Part shown: in pieces, positions 49,905 through 62,008 of the stretch
Numbering within the stretch: the stretch's first letter is position 1
How the letters are laid out: the number at the start of each line of letters is the position of its first letter
Origin: Selaginella moellendorffii
Lineage: Eukaryota; Plantae; Lycopodiophyta
DNA: 64,000 bases
Reading direction: 5' to 3'
Assembly: GCF_000143415.4 (NCBI RefSeq)
Contig: NW_003314359.1
Location: 33,477-97,476 of the forward strand
The notes under the pieces: generated by a model
The model's input: the letters and a program-made list of their open reading frames with translations, nothing else
What the model was told of the DNA's origin: nothing
Database searches by the model: none
Translations under genes and position numbers: made by a program

Positions 49905-51713
49905 AATGGAGTGGTTTCAATCCAAACCATTCGCTCTTGTATATAAACTAGGGTTTTTGGGCTAATTGATATATACATTTTTATATTCCATGTCCATATT
50001 CCATGCACTCACATTGGTTGAGATGAGGGGAAATTTTGATTGTCCTTGAGGAATGCTTGGATTTGGGATTTTGTTTTAGATTTAGCTTTTTCATTGTCTA
50101 AATCTCCCTTTCCTTAAAGTTTTTTTAATTTCTTCTCTTTTACTTTTTTCCTTTTCATTCATTTTCATGGCAAAGCAACAATCTCCTCCTCCTACAATTG
50201 GTGCAATTGCTCAATGCTATGTGATTGTAGTTGAATAATTAGACTTAGTTGATGGCAACATTCATGCTGCATGGTACAGCTCTTGCTCTTGTTGCCAATC
50301 CTCGACTCTGGCCAAAGTTCTTCTGTGGGAACCCTGGGGATGATGTGTAACATTGGTATGATCACTTCATGGTGATTGCTACATATCATTCTTGGGACAA
50401 TACTTGGTGTTTGCATGAATTTCTAACATGTCTTCAAGGGACAGCACTGCAATGGTACAATAGTTTTAGCGCAACCACTCATGAGGATTGGAGCATTCTT
50501 TGGGATGTCTTCAAATGCACATTTGGATATGTTAATGATTGTGATGATGGCTTTTAACAATTGCATTATCTTCATCAAAGGTTATCTAAGTGTAAGTAAC
50601 CAAAGGGAACGACTTGAGAAATGATCCATAGGGGTTTAAATATAAAGGGAAAGGGCTCATGAACAAATGTGCACCCCCTTTTTCAATCGGTTAAGGGTCT
50701 TGGGATAATTGGGGTTAAGTGTCCTTGGGTTTGAATAATAAACACTAAGTCTACACTAAGTCTATGATACAATTTGGCATTTATTTCTGAAATCTCTTAC
50801 TTTGTGTAGAGTCTAATATGTTGAAGTAAATCAAGTTGAGAATGTTGTGGCTAGCACTTCATCAAGATCTTGTAGAATTTATGCATGCATTTGCTCTAAC
50901 CACCTTTGATAAGCTCTTTGTTTGGCACAACGTTATAAGATATTGCCTCTTCCACTTCTCACTACACATCTTTCAACTCCACTTCTTATAGGAGATGGAG
51001 ATTCATGTTGCTGCTGCCCAAGTTCAAGGACAAGGGTGAGGATGTGGTTGTGGCCATGATGCCCATTGTTGGGTGTGTGATGAAGTTAGTCATACTTACT
51101 GGTGTTGTCAGTGTTTTTTGGATTAGCAATCTATATTTCCTAGGTGGAAACTTTGGCATCAACAATATTTTGTTGGTGCTGCTGCAATGGAAGGTCCGGA
51201 CACCGAGATGCTTTAAGGAAATGAGGAGTTGGGCAAGTAGCAGAGGGTCCTTACATAAATAAGTCAATAACCCTTCCATCTTTGCTCAATAGAAAGGACC
51301 GTATTAGATGTTGTGGCAAGTTGGACCGTAAGTTTATAAGGTTCGGCATGACATCCAACATGCCGATCCTCTAGAAATTATGCATGTGCACTGGTTGAAA
51401 CACTTAGTACAAAAGGATCAGGAACAACCGACATCACCTACAGATCCACCCATGCCTTCTCTTGATGTTCCTCCAGATCCCAACCCATCTATGAGAGAAC
51501 CCTAACAGTCTTCCATCATTATGAGAGGAGGGGATGATGTGAGATCCAAGTGTATGGTTACAATGCCATATACTAATATCAACATAATGGGATTTTGGTA
51601 GCTGTCAAATTGATTTCAATCTGAACAACTTGCACTCCTGTATATAAACTAGGGTTTTTGGGCTAATTGATATGCACATTTCTGTGTTCCATTTCCATAT
51701 CCATGCACTTATA
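49905..51713 (+). mobile_element. Small non-autonomous LTR element (family D) with gag remnant
   Basis: Partial 5' LTR ending CACTCACA (50013), PBS-like TTGGTTGAGATG, gag-like CLQGTALQWY, PPT GAGAGGAGGGGA, 3' LTR 51538-51713. Confidence 0.7.
50591..50739 (+). mobile_element. Truncated Cassandra LTR fragment
   Basis: TGTAAGTAACCAAAG...GGGGTTAAGTGTCCTTGGGTTTGAATA matches the reverse complement of 4444-4636 and ends within the 5S segment. Confidence 0.85.
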
Positions 51714-51759
51714 TATACATATACATATACATATACATATATATATATACATATACATA

Positions 51760-51811
<52 letters not shown>

Positions 51812-51914
51812 CATACATACATATACATATATATATATATACATATACATACATACATATACATATATATACATATACATATACATACATACATATACAT
51901 ATATATACATATAC

Positions 51915-51946
<32 letters not shown>

Positions 51947-51964
51947 ATACATATACATATATAT

Positions 51965-51995
<31 letters not shown>

Positions 51996-52000
51996 CATAT
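51711..52000. repeat. (TA)n/(TACATA)n microsatellite; continues at 59234-59347
   Basis: Direct reading. Confidence 0.98.
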
Positions 52001-54355
52001 TGTTGCAAATATGACTTCGGGTATCGAAAGTTACCTGTCGGCCAGTCCTTACAGATACTCTTACCTTACTGCCACGATGGCAGGAGGTTGGTATTGCTGG
52101 ACCCTTTATTAGTCCCTCTTGTGCTAATGGAGTTAATTGGGCATTTCAAGTGTACTTAGACCGGACGAGCATAAGGACAGAATTCCTACATGTTATTAGC
52201 TAAGCATACTTAGCCCGGTAAGGAGTTCCCGTCTCATTTTGTCTTGCACTTGCTAGTGACAAGAACCCTCGCATATTGAGACTAGTCCCTCAATATCGCT
52301 ACATGATAGCTTATCGTGTCTGCCAAACACCCTCGCTATCATGCCCTTTGTGTTAGTCTCATTTCGGTCCCAAATACTATTTATGGAAAGTGTCCAGATT
52401 TACTCATTTGGCATATCTACGGAATGTAGATATCGGCCTGAACACAATGGTGTTCGTCCCATGTCAAAATTCGCATTCTAGCACCATTCCATATTTAGTA
52501 AGTTTCAAACTTATCCCAGAGACTAACTCCTGATAGTAAAGGAGGCTTGGGGTGAAAGGCCAAAGTGTGTGTTCCTCAAGGGGGAAGAAAGGGGGGGGGG
52601 GGCCTGTGGGGGGTTTCAAAAGTATAGTAGGGATAGCGGGTAGGTCGGGCATAGCCGACCAACTTGAGGCATAGTCTAGCTCCCGCTTGCGTGTCTGTCC
52701 TTGTTTTGCGTCCGGCTTGGGTCTAAGCCCAAGTTCCATTCCATGCTAACTGGTGGAGTACCCATGTCCTCACATTAGGCCACTAGTATGCTAAAATAGC
52801 GCTAGACTCTGTTTGGCTTCGTTTTGCATGCTGGTCCTGGCATTGGGATGCTAGTTACTCTAAGACTGTTCCAAGTCGCTCCAGGCTTCTGTCCCTTCGC
52901 TCCTTGGGCTATATGCTCGGGAGTCGTTCCGTGCTCTAGTGCTAATGCTCCTTAGCTTCATGCTTGGGAGTTTGCCACCGTTCCTTCGTTCAGTGGCCCA
53001 AAGCTCTGAACCTTGAGTTCCACACCACTATCCTTTGGACACTTGGCATATGACACGTGGCATGTGTCACGTGGCATAAAGAGGGTTTAGGTTCCGCTTC
53101 GTGGTGTTATCCTATGGTAAATCACCATAAGATAAAGGGTCAAAACCATGTGCACTACATTTGGTATCAAAGGATGAGTCTTAGCGAGTACTATTCAATG
53201 AGATTAGGCAACTAGTCTCATTGCATATGCAGAAATGAAAATGATGATTCGAGTGGGTACATATTTGGGTGCAAAGGCTTCGCAATTGTTCCTTGGGTAT
53301 GGGTTTGGTTCCCTTTTTGTACCGTAGTAATGTGAGCTTGCTCTTGGGCTCATAAGAAGGATTGAGTTGTACTGTTTTGCACGAGTTTATGCTTGGGCTC
53401 ATGAGTGAGGCATATTAGTAACTCGAGGTTACACTTTGAGTTGGCAGGATTAATGTTAGTCTATCAATAGTTCCATGAATTGTTCCATGTATCGTGGGTG
53501 AAAGTAAACTTCCCTTGGGTTTGCTATGAGTGGCAAATAAGCTGGTCCATAGCTGTTTAGCACGACACTAGTGGATCCTTTCTAGGCATGATTATGAGTG
53601 GATCAATCAAGACTGTAGGGCTGAGTCTATTGATTCAAATAATCATTTCTGTGCTCTCTCATAAACTTTTCTTAGATTGGACTGAAGGCAGTGTGAAAGC
53701 AAGCTTGAGGTTTAGTCAAAAGATGAAACCAAAAAGAGAGTCGTCAGGGACGAAGGATCAAACATGTAAATCATCTTCCCTTGGAGAGGTGATTTGCAAC
53801 GAGGTGTTAACTCATTGCTCATGTTCATGGTATGCAATCAAGAGTCCCTATCTTGATGCATATTGGAAATGACGGTTTTGCAAGTGGTGAGTCATGGGAT
53901 GGATAGCAGTGAAACGCTAAACCATTTTGTCTAGGCTTGCTATTAGAAAATTTGGGTTGCAATGCTTAATTCTTTTTCGGGGATCCTTACTATTGATCCT
54001 TGAGTAGCTTGGTGTTGGATTAGTTTTGAGTTTGGTCAGAAAGAGAATGGTATAAGCTTGTCTGTGTTATGAACAAAAATTAGTGGTGTTAAGTGTTGTA
54101 AATCTCTATCGGTGGAGTGTGGCATTTATGTTGCATTTTGTTGAATCGAGTTGACACTTAATATTCATATAAACCTTTGAAGTAATGACATGGGCATTGC
54201 TTGATTGTGTTGCTCAATTGATGATCAAGTCATTGTGATTTCTATATCATGTCTATGTGATTGTGAGTAATGTGTTTACGAAGTTGCTTGGTTAAATGAT
54301 GATCAACCCTAAAGTGGTTGATGGTAAAGCTAATCTACTTACACAAAATAGCATT

Positions 54356-54517
54356 TGTAGCGCATGTGATCATGGGATGAGATTTGGATATACTGTCATC
54401 GTAAATCCTTGGAACCTTGGGGGATAAATGGGGATAAAATACCCACTAAAGGCTCTCTCATCAAGCAATTGCCCCTTTTCCAATTGGCTTAAGGGGAGAA
54501 AGATAAAGTGCGTTACA
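54356..54517 (+). mobile_element. Solo LTR of TRIM family F
   Basis: TGTAGCGCA...TGCGTTACA flanked by a perfect TSD GCATT; homologous to the LTRs at 56324 and 56836. Confidence 0.92.
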
Positions 54518-56323
54518 GCATTGTAGTAACTTTGACTGGATTCTCGATGGTGGTCCATTATGCTAAGCTTAAGTTGGTTCTTTGTTTCTTTGAGGGTTTG
54601 CCCATAAGGTGTTGGAAAGGGTTATAGCATTCACTTGCTATGGCTTGTTGGTTTATTCATTAACACTTGGAGTAGATTGTTGGATGGAGAAAATGTGTAG
54701 TTAAGGCATTGACATTGCTAGCACTTGTGTTAGTGGAAGTGGTATTGTTATTTTGAGTGATGAAGAATTTTCCTTAGAGTTTGATTTTTCATGTCATTTT
54801 TCTTGTTAGTATTTTGGCTTCACATTGGATCTTGAAAGTGGTTGAAGAAGAGTGTTAGTGCAATATGGATATCCGAAGATGTGGTCTTTGTGATCAAGCT
54901 TTGGGTGTTCATTTTGCATTTTTACAGATGTCAGTGTTGGATGTCGGATATATGGGCAAAAAGATGTTTGATGATTAAACATATTATGGGTCTCGAGAAT
55001 TTGTGTTGAAGTGAATCTATGTGAAGTTGTTGGTAGGAGGAAGTTGGTTGAGTCTTAAAAGTTTGTATTCCTGAACTGAGAGTCATTCTTTCTCTAGGAT
55101 GGAAAATTTTCCATAAATTTTCTTAGACTTTTCCAATAGCTGATCTATTGATCACTTTGCTCAAAAACCATTCCATTTCCGAAAGTCAATACAAACTAGT
55201 AAAGGGGTTGGAGTTGACTTTGGTTAGTTTAGACCTTAGTAAGTAGTTTGTATGGTGCACCCTTAAAAGGATGCTAACGTTTGGAGCTAAGACAATTGAG
55301 TTGGATAGAGTCTGGAGTTGGTGTAGAAAAGTGGCCATTACACTTTTCTAAGAAGGGTGACCCTTGTGCCTTTCTTTTATAGCGTTGTGCTTAATGGCAG
55401 GTTGCACCTTGCATTTCGTTAGACTCTACAAGAGTAGTGAGCTCTTACTGATCTTGACTTAGTCTTGGTGGCCCTGCTTCTTGGCTGAGGATGGTGATGT
55501 CCAATTTAGTTGTTTATGGCTGAGATGTTGGTACCTGTACTATAGCTTTGTCTATGAGGAGGTTGTGTACCGATATGAGTTCATCTTATAGTCTTCACTT
55601 TAGTTTCGACTGAGTGTTGATCATGCATAGCTAGCCTCTTCAAGGCATGCTCAGAGCTATTGACTAGATGTGTTGGTGAACTTATCACGGTTAAATTGGA
55701 TTCAAGTGGTCATTTAGTTCATACTTGTCCATGAACCTTTATCTCGTACCTGGGGTATTACATTCATGTTGCTATAGATGGATTCATGGAGGATCATTTG
55801 TTGACCACTTGTTGAGCATAGCTTCAATATGTTTGGCTTTTGGATTGATGCAGACATGCTCTTCATTAGCTTTGCATTATGAAGTTCGACTTATGGATGT
55901 GTGGAGGAAGATATTGTGGGTTGCACCATGATTTCTTCTTTAGCATTGAAATTAGTTTATGCATGACTTATGATCATTGTTAGACAAGACTTGGCTATAG
56001 ACTTCTTCGAGCTTTTGGTTCTTTGAGTTTTATACTTATTGTTCCATTTGGCAAAAGTTATTGAGGAAGGCATTTTTGCTCATTAGCTTTGATGAAGTTA
56101 ATATTTGCATCTAGCAATCATTGGTGATAATTAACTATTATCTAGGATAGTTGATTATCCTTGTCAAAAAGTTTTACTTGATTATTGTTGATATAGAGTG
56201 AGTTGTCGTTCTTCGGGATGGTAAATTCTTTCTTTAACAATGATTATGCATCTCTTTATTGATGGGATAGTTGATGATATTTCATGATAGTTAGTTGTTC
56301 TCTTCGGTGGCTTATGGCTTTTC

Positions 56324-56980
56324 TGTAGCGCATGTGATCATGGAATGAGATTTGGATATACTGTCACCGTGGATCATTGGAACCTTGGGGGATAAATGGG
56401 GATAAAATAACCACTAAAGGCTCTCTCATTAAGCAATTGCCCCTTTTCCAATTGCTTTAAGGGGAGAAAAATAAGGTGTGCTACAGTTGATATCAGAGCA
56501 AATGGCACGGGTTCAATTCCCATTGATTAGTGGCTACTTAAAAGTATAATATACCCTTGAGCAAGATATATTCCTACCCCTAAATTTGAAATCGTATGTA
56601 TTGGGCATCCATACGTACGTCCTTCCTCTTGTGCGGAGTATCCATGGACGAAGGTATCCACCGTGGGACTGCAGTACGGGTGGATGACTAGTTGCCTTAC
56701 ATGGAATAGCTGGTCTACACAATGGAAGGATTGGTAGATTTAGTGTGGAAATGGAGGTGCTAATTCCCCTTGGCTCAATAGAGGTTGTTAGTCAATAGTC
56801 AATAAGGACATTGACATCTCTGAAGGGGGGGTGAGTGTAGCGCATGTGATCATGGGATGAGATTTGGATATACTGTCACCGTAAATCCTTGGAACCTTGG
56901 GTTCTCTCATCAAGCAATTGCCCTTTTTTCAGTTGGCTTAAGGGGAGAGCAATAAAGTGCGCTACAGTTGGTATCGGAGC
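56324..56980 (+). mobile_element. Complete TRIM (family F)
   Basis: LTRs 56324-56485 and 56836-56966 (the latter internally deleted), PBS TGATATCAGAGC, PPT GAAGGGGGGG, TSD TTTTC at 56319-56323 and 56981-56985. Confidence 0.9.
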
Positions 56981-59347
56981 TTTTCGCAATATCACATGTT
57001 CTTTGTGGTTTGCTTTGGATTGGTTTTTTGGGTTTGAGACATTAGTAGGATGTTGCTGACACTTGCTTAAGTAACTTGAGTTCCTTTGTATTGTTGATCA
57101 GGATCTATTCAAATTGGCTAATGCGATAGTTGGCATAAATGCTATGTTTGTTGGTCTTGCAACATTCATTCTATTCTGTTGATCATTACTTGAATTAGTT
57201 TTGATAGATTGGGATGTTATTTCCTTTGGGTGATACATTCGCAAGCATTGTGCTTGTCAGTCAATGATACTTTGTGTTCTTTGAGTTATCTTTAGTAAGT
57301 TGTTTGGCCTACTATCTGCCATCTTTAGTAGTTACGTTTCATCATTAATTTTCCTTGATGATATACTTGCTATTGAATTTTGTTAGATGGTGATTCCTAT
57401 GTTTACCAATTATGATGATCTTGGTGGTTCCTATACTATAATACTAGTTTATCATATGATAACTTAATTGGAATATTTTTGTGTTCTAATATAAGATTTA
57501 ATCTCTGATATTTGAGACTCTAAGATATCATTGTCTATGACTTTAATAATGTCCATCTATTGATCTTTGAATTTGGGCCAGTATAGGCAGACTGGCTTCG
57601 GCACTTCGTGTGCATCGTGAAATCTCTAGTCATGGGGTAGCTACTGTCGACTGGTCACATAACCCGCCTCTCTGTCAATGTTCCTTATTCCGTTCAAAAG
57701 GGCGTGACCATGTAAACAACTCTAACTGCATGTTTACAGTAATCTATCTAAACTTTACCGACAGGTTTGGTTTCTTTGCTCATGAGGTTGAGGCCTCTGG
57801 CTTCTCTCTTTGTGTTCCTGCGGGCAAAGGCATATCACACTTTTGTAAGTTGGGTGACTCCCAAAGTAGCAAGGGTGGCTGACTCCATTGGTCATTTCCT
57901 TGTCGGCGACGGCCGGAAGGTGTCTGAGCTAGTAGTGCATCTGCGTTAAACAAAGAAGTTGCCTCCTACCTCATTTAAGTTGGTGCATTTCTCACATAGT
58001 GTGCATACCATGAAATTTTTCTAGAGTTGTTTCCTTGGTAGTATTCTAAACTCGAGTATGCATCGACGAGGACGTTGATCTTCCCTAGGGGGGGGAGAGT
58101 GTCACGAATGTGACTTTGGGTATCGAAAGTTACCTGTCGGCCAGTCTTTATGAACACTCTTACCTTACTGCCACGATAGCAGGAGGTTGGTATTGCTGGA
58201 CCCCTTATTAGTCCCTCTTGTGTTAGTGGAGTTAACTGGGCATTTCGATTGTACTTAAACCAGACGAGCATAAAGATAGAATTCCTACGTGTTATTAGCT
58301 AAGCATACTTAGCCCGGTAAGGAGTTCCCGTCTCATTTTGTCTTGCACTTGCTAGTGACAAGAACCCTCGCATATTGAGATTAGTCCCTCAATATCGCTA
58401 CATGATAGCTTACCGTGTCTGCCAAACACCTTCGCTATCATACCCTTTGTGTTAGTCTCATTTCGGTCCCAAATGCTATTTATGGAAAGTGTCCAGATTT
58501 GCTCATTTGGCATATCTACGGAATGTAGAGATCGGCCTGAACACAATGGTGTTCATCCCGTGTCCAAATTCGCATTCTAGCACTATTCCATATTTAGTAA
58601 GTTTCAAACTTGTCCCAGAGACTAACTCCTGATAGTAAGGGAGGCTTGGGGTGAAAGCCCAAAGCGTGTGTTCCTCAAGGGGGGGGGGGGCTGGGACTGT
58701 GGGGGGTTTCAAATGTATAGTAGGGATAGTGGGTAGGTTGGGCATGGCCGACCAACTTGAGGCATAGTCTAGCTCCCGCTTGTGTGCTTGTCTTTGTTCT
58801 GCGTCCGGCTTGGGTCTAAACCCAAGTTCCATTCCATGCTAACTGGTGGAGTACCCATATCCTCACGTTAGGCCACTGATATGTTGAAATAGTGCCAGAC
58901 TCCGTTTGGCTCTGTTTTGCGTGCTGGTCCTAGCATTGGGATGCTAGTTACTATAGGACTGTTCTAAGTCGCTCCAGGCTCCTGTCCCTTCGCTTCTCGG
59001 GCTATATGCTCGGGAGTCGTTTCGTGCTCCAGTGCTAATGCTCCTTGGCTCCATGCTTGGGAGTTTGGCACCCAAGGCCCTGAACCTCGTGTTTCACACC
59101 ACTATCCTTTGGACATGTGGCATATGACACTTGGCATGTGTCATGTGGCATAAAGAGGGTTTAGGTTCCGCTTCGTGGTGTTATCCTATGGTAAATCACC
59201 ATAGGATAAAGGGTCAAAACAACGTGCGCTACACATACATACATACATACATACATACATACACACACACACATACCTACCTACATACATACATACATAC
59301 ATATGTATGTATGTATGTATGTATATATGTATGTATATATATATATA

Positions 59348-61968
59348 CTAGCACTTGCCCAGCATATGTTGCCCAGTTAGCAAAATACTTTATTTATATT
59401 AAAAGCTAGATTGCAATAGGATCAAAAAAATAAATTTTGTATTCCACTTTGAAAGAAGAATTGCAAAAATCAATACTTGTAATCTTGATAAAATAAATAT
59501 TTAGAGCAAAATATTTTCCTATTCATAAATAGGACTAAATATCAATTAATAAAAATATTAAATAAAAATTATTATTAGAAATATTAATATATTTGGAAAA
59601 ATACCTGACCCAGAAAAAGTAAAAACGAAATTTCTATTATTAATAAAATGTTATATGCAAATTATATTTTTAGTTGGAATAAACTTATATTAATATTTTA
59701 TCAAACAGAAGAGAATAATTACTGAGAATAATTATTACTCATTTTTATTAGCAAAACATTACTTAATTATGGTTTTTACTTAGAATATAAAACAAAAAGT
59801 TTACATTAATATACTAATACCCAGATCCAGTCATGAAAATAATAACTAACAAAATATTTTGTAAATATATATGCTATAGAAACTGTAATTCCATAGTATT
59901 ATGTACTAATAAACTATACATACAGTTATAAAAAAAGAGTTTAAAATATTACTGCTTAATCAAATACTACATACATTATCTTAGTTTTTCTGATAATGAG
60001 TTAAATTGTAAATAGCTAAGGCTACGTATAAAAATAGAATATGTACTCCTATTGTTGAAATTGTTTAATTTTCTTATATTAACACTTGAAACTTTGATCA
60101 TAATCCTACACATTCATAAAATTAAGTCAACCCACATTTAATATACTACCACTTAATGTTGTGTTTCATTGTTATAGTGATATTTAAACAGGCCATGTAA
60201 TATATTCTAGTTTATTCTTATGAAATAAGATTATCCTAGAATATAGTTTTCTTATTATAATAGTTAGGCATGCTGTCATGGCAAACACTCTCCATTAAAC
60301 CTTAGAACTTACCCTCTCGATTTCAAAGGGCTTCCATGGCAAAAGGTTAAATGTTAATGCTGGTTGACACTTTACATGTGACATGTTGCCTAGCAAATGC
60401 TGGATGAGTATAGAAATCAATTTTTCCTTCTGATATCTCTATATACACACACAATATTATACAACATGGACCATATATTTAGAATACTAATATATTCCTA
60501 AAAGTGAGAAAAGAAGAATTACTAAGTAAATATTAGTAATAAAGATAATATATGCAAATAACTACTTGAGAATATGAATATATTTAAAATATTAAAAATT
60601 TATGAAACTTAATACCCAACCCAGATTAAATAAAAATAAAAATTGCTAAGAAATAATTTTTTTACAGTTATTAGATTATAAATATATTTAGTACACTCCC
60701 AGAAAAAAGTAAATGATGAATTACTAAAAACGAATTTTCTTAATTAGATGTTACATGTAAAATATGCTTTTACTTGGAATACAGACAAATTTAGAATCAT
60801 AAAATGGTTAACAAAAACTAATATATTACTACCCAGACTCAAATAAAAGTAAAGAGGGATTACTAAGATTAACTATTATTAATTTAGGGAATCATTATTT
60901 AATTATTATGTGTTTACTTTGAATATGAATAAATATATAACTTAGATTTTAAAAAAATTAATATATTACTCAGACCCTACATAGGATTGCTCAATAAAAA
61001 ACCAGCACTATTGAAAAACTAAAGTCTAACCTAGAAATAAAAATTTATATATACCCTTAAACTCAAAAATATTAAGAACACTGATACTACTACCTAGACC
61101 TAAGTAAAACTAAAAAAAGAATTACAAAAAATAATAATATACATGTTAAACACAAACTATAAATTCAAAACGTAATAAAATATATTCATTGTTAGTCAAA
61201 ACATTCATAAAGGTGTTTAATTGTAACCGTCAACCTCATGTTTGAAATGTAATTGCCTGATCAATACATCATCAATACATCATTACAAAAAAGAAAAATG
61301 TATAAGAGGCTAAGTGGCATCTTCCAGCTCCTCTCCAACACTCACCTCTATCATTGCTGGTGGAGGCACCACTGCTGCATCCTGCAGTGGATCTAGAACC
61401 TGTGGCTCTGGATCTGTTGTTGGCACCTGTTCCTGCGGGGATTGGGAGTTGCAGCTTTACTGACCATTTACTCGCTCTCCTCTAGGGCTACACCCTTTCC
61501 CTAGAGCAGTGGTGGAAATCCTCCATGCCAGGAGCAACAATGGCAAGACTGTAGAAAGGCATTTCATCAAGCTCCGAATCTGCTGCTGGTGCCTATTCCT
61601 GCGGGGATTGTTGTGGTGATTGAGCCGGAGATCTCTGAGTGGGAGATTTGGGAGCTACAGCTTCACTGGCCATTTATTCGAGCGCATCACTCTCTTGCCC
61701 TTTCCCTAAAGCACCGGTGCTCCACGTCAAGAGCGACAGTGGCAATTTCTACAGGAAAATTTAAAATTCAAAAGATCTCAAGAAAAATATGTGGAGATGC
61801 AAGTTTGGATGATGATACCAATTTCATGAAAGATGCAGCCCAGTCAACACTTTGCATGTGCCACATGTTGTAGTGCCTTCCTCTCCCACCCCATGCAGCT
61901 TGGCTGCCTCCCATTGGTTGAGAGCAAACATTAGCATGATTATTCACTAAGATGTGGTTTCACACACA

Positions 61969-61974
<6 letters not shown>
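59348..61974 (-). mobile_element. Probable non-autonomous Helitron
   Basis: On the minus strand it starts A|TC at 61974 and ends CTGGGCAACATATGCTGGGCAAGTGCTAG|T at 59348, between TA tracts. AT-rich interior with recurrent TACTACCCAGA units. Confidence 0.6.

Positions 61975-62006
<32 letters not shown>

Positions 62007-62008
<2 letters not shown>

Larger units (their letters stand above)
52001..59233 (+). mobile_element. Full-length decayed copia-derived LTR element (family E)
   Basis: LTRs 52001-53159 and 58100-59233, PBS TGGTATCAAAG, PPT AGGGGGGGGAGAG, TSD CATAT/CATAC. Residual copia-like motifs ALHYEVRLMDV (cf. HQMDV) and DDILAI...PMF (cf. DNxSAI...NPVF). No long ORF. Confidence 0.88.

Noticed and set aside
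51605-52112. YI/IY-rich ORFs
   Set aside because: Microsatellite artefacts.
52520-52570. Hammerhead ribozyme or 23S rRNA-like signal (CTGATAG...GGTGAAAGGCCAA)
   Set aside because: The core is not CUGANGA, three helices could not be built, and the rRNA resemblance is only ~15 nt.
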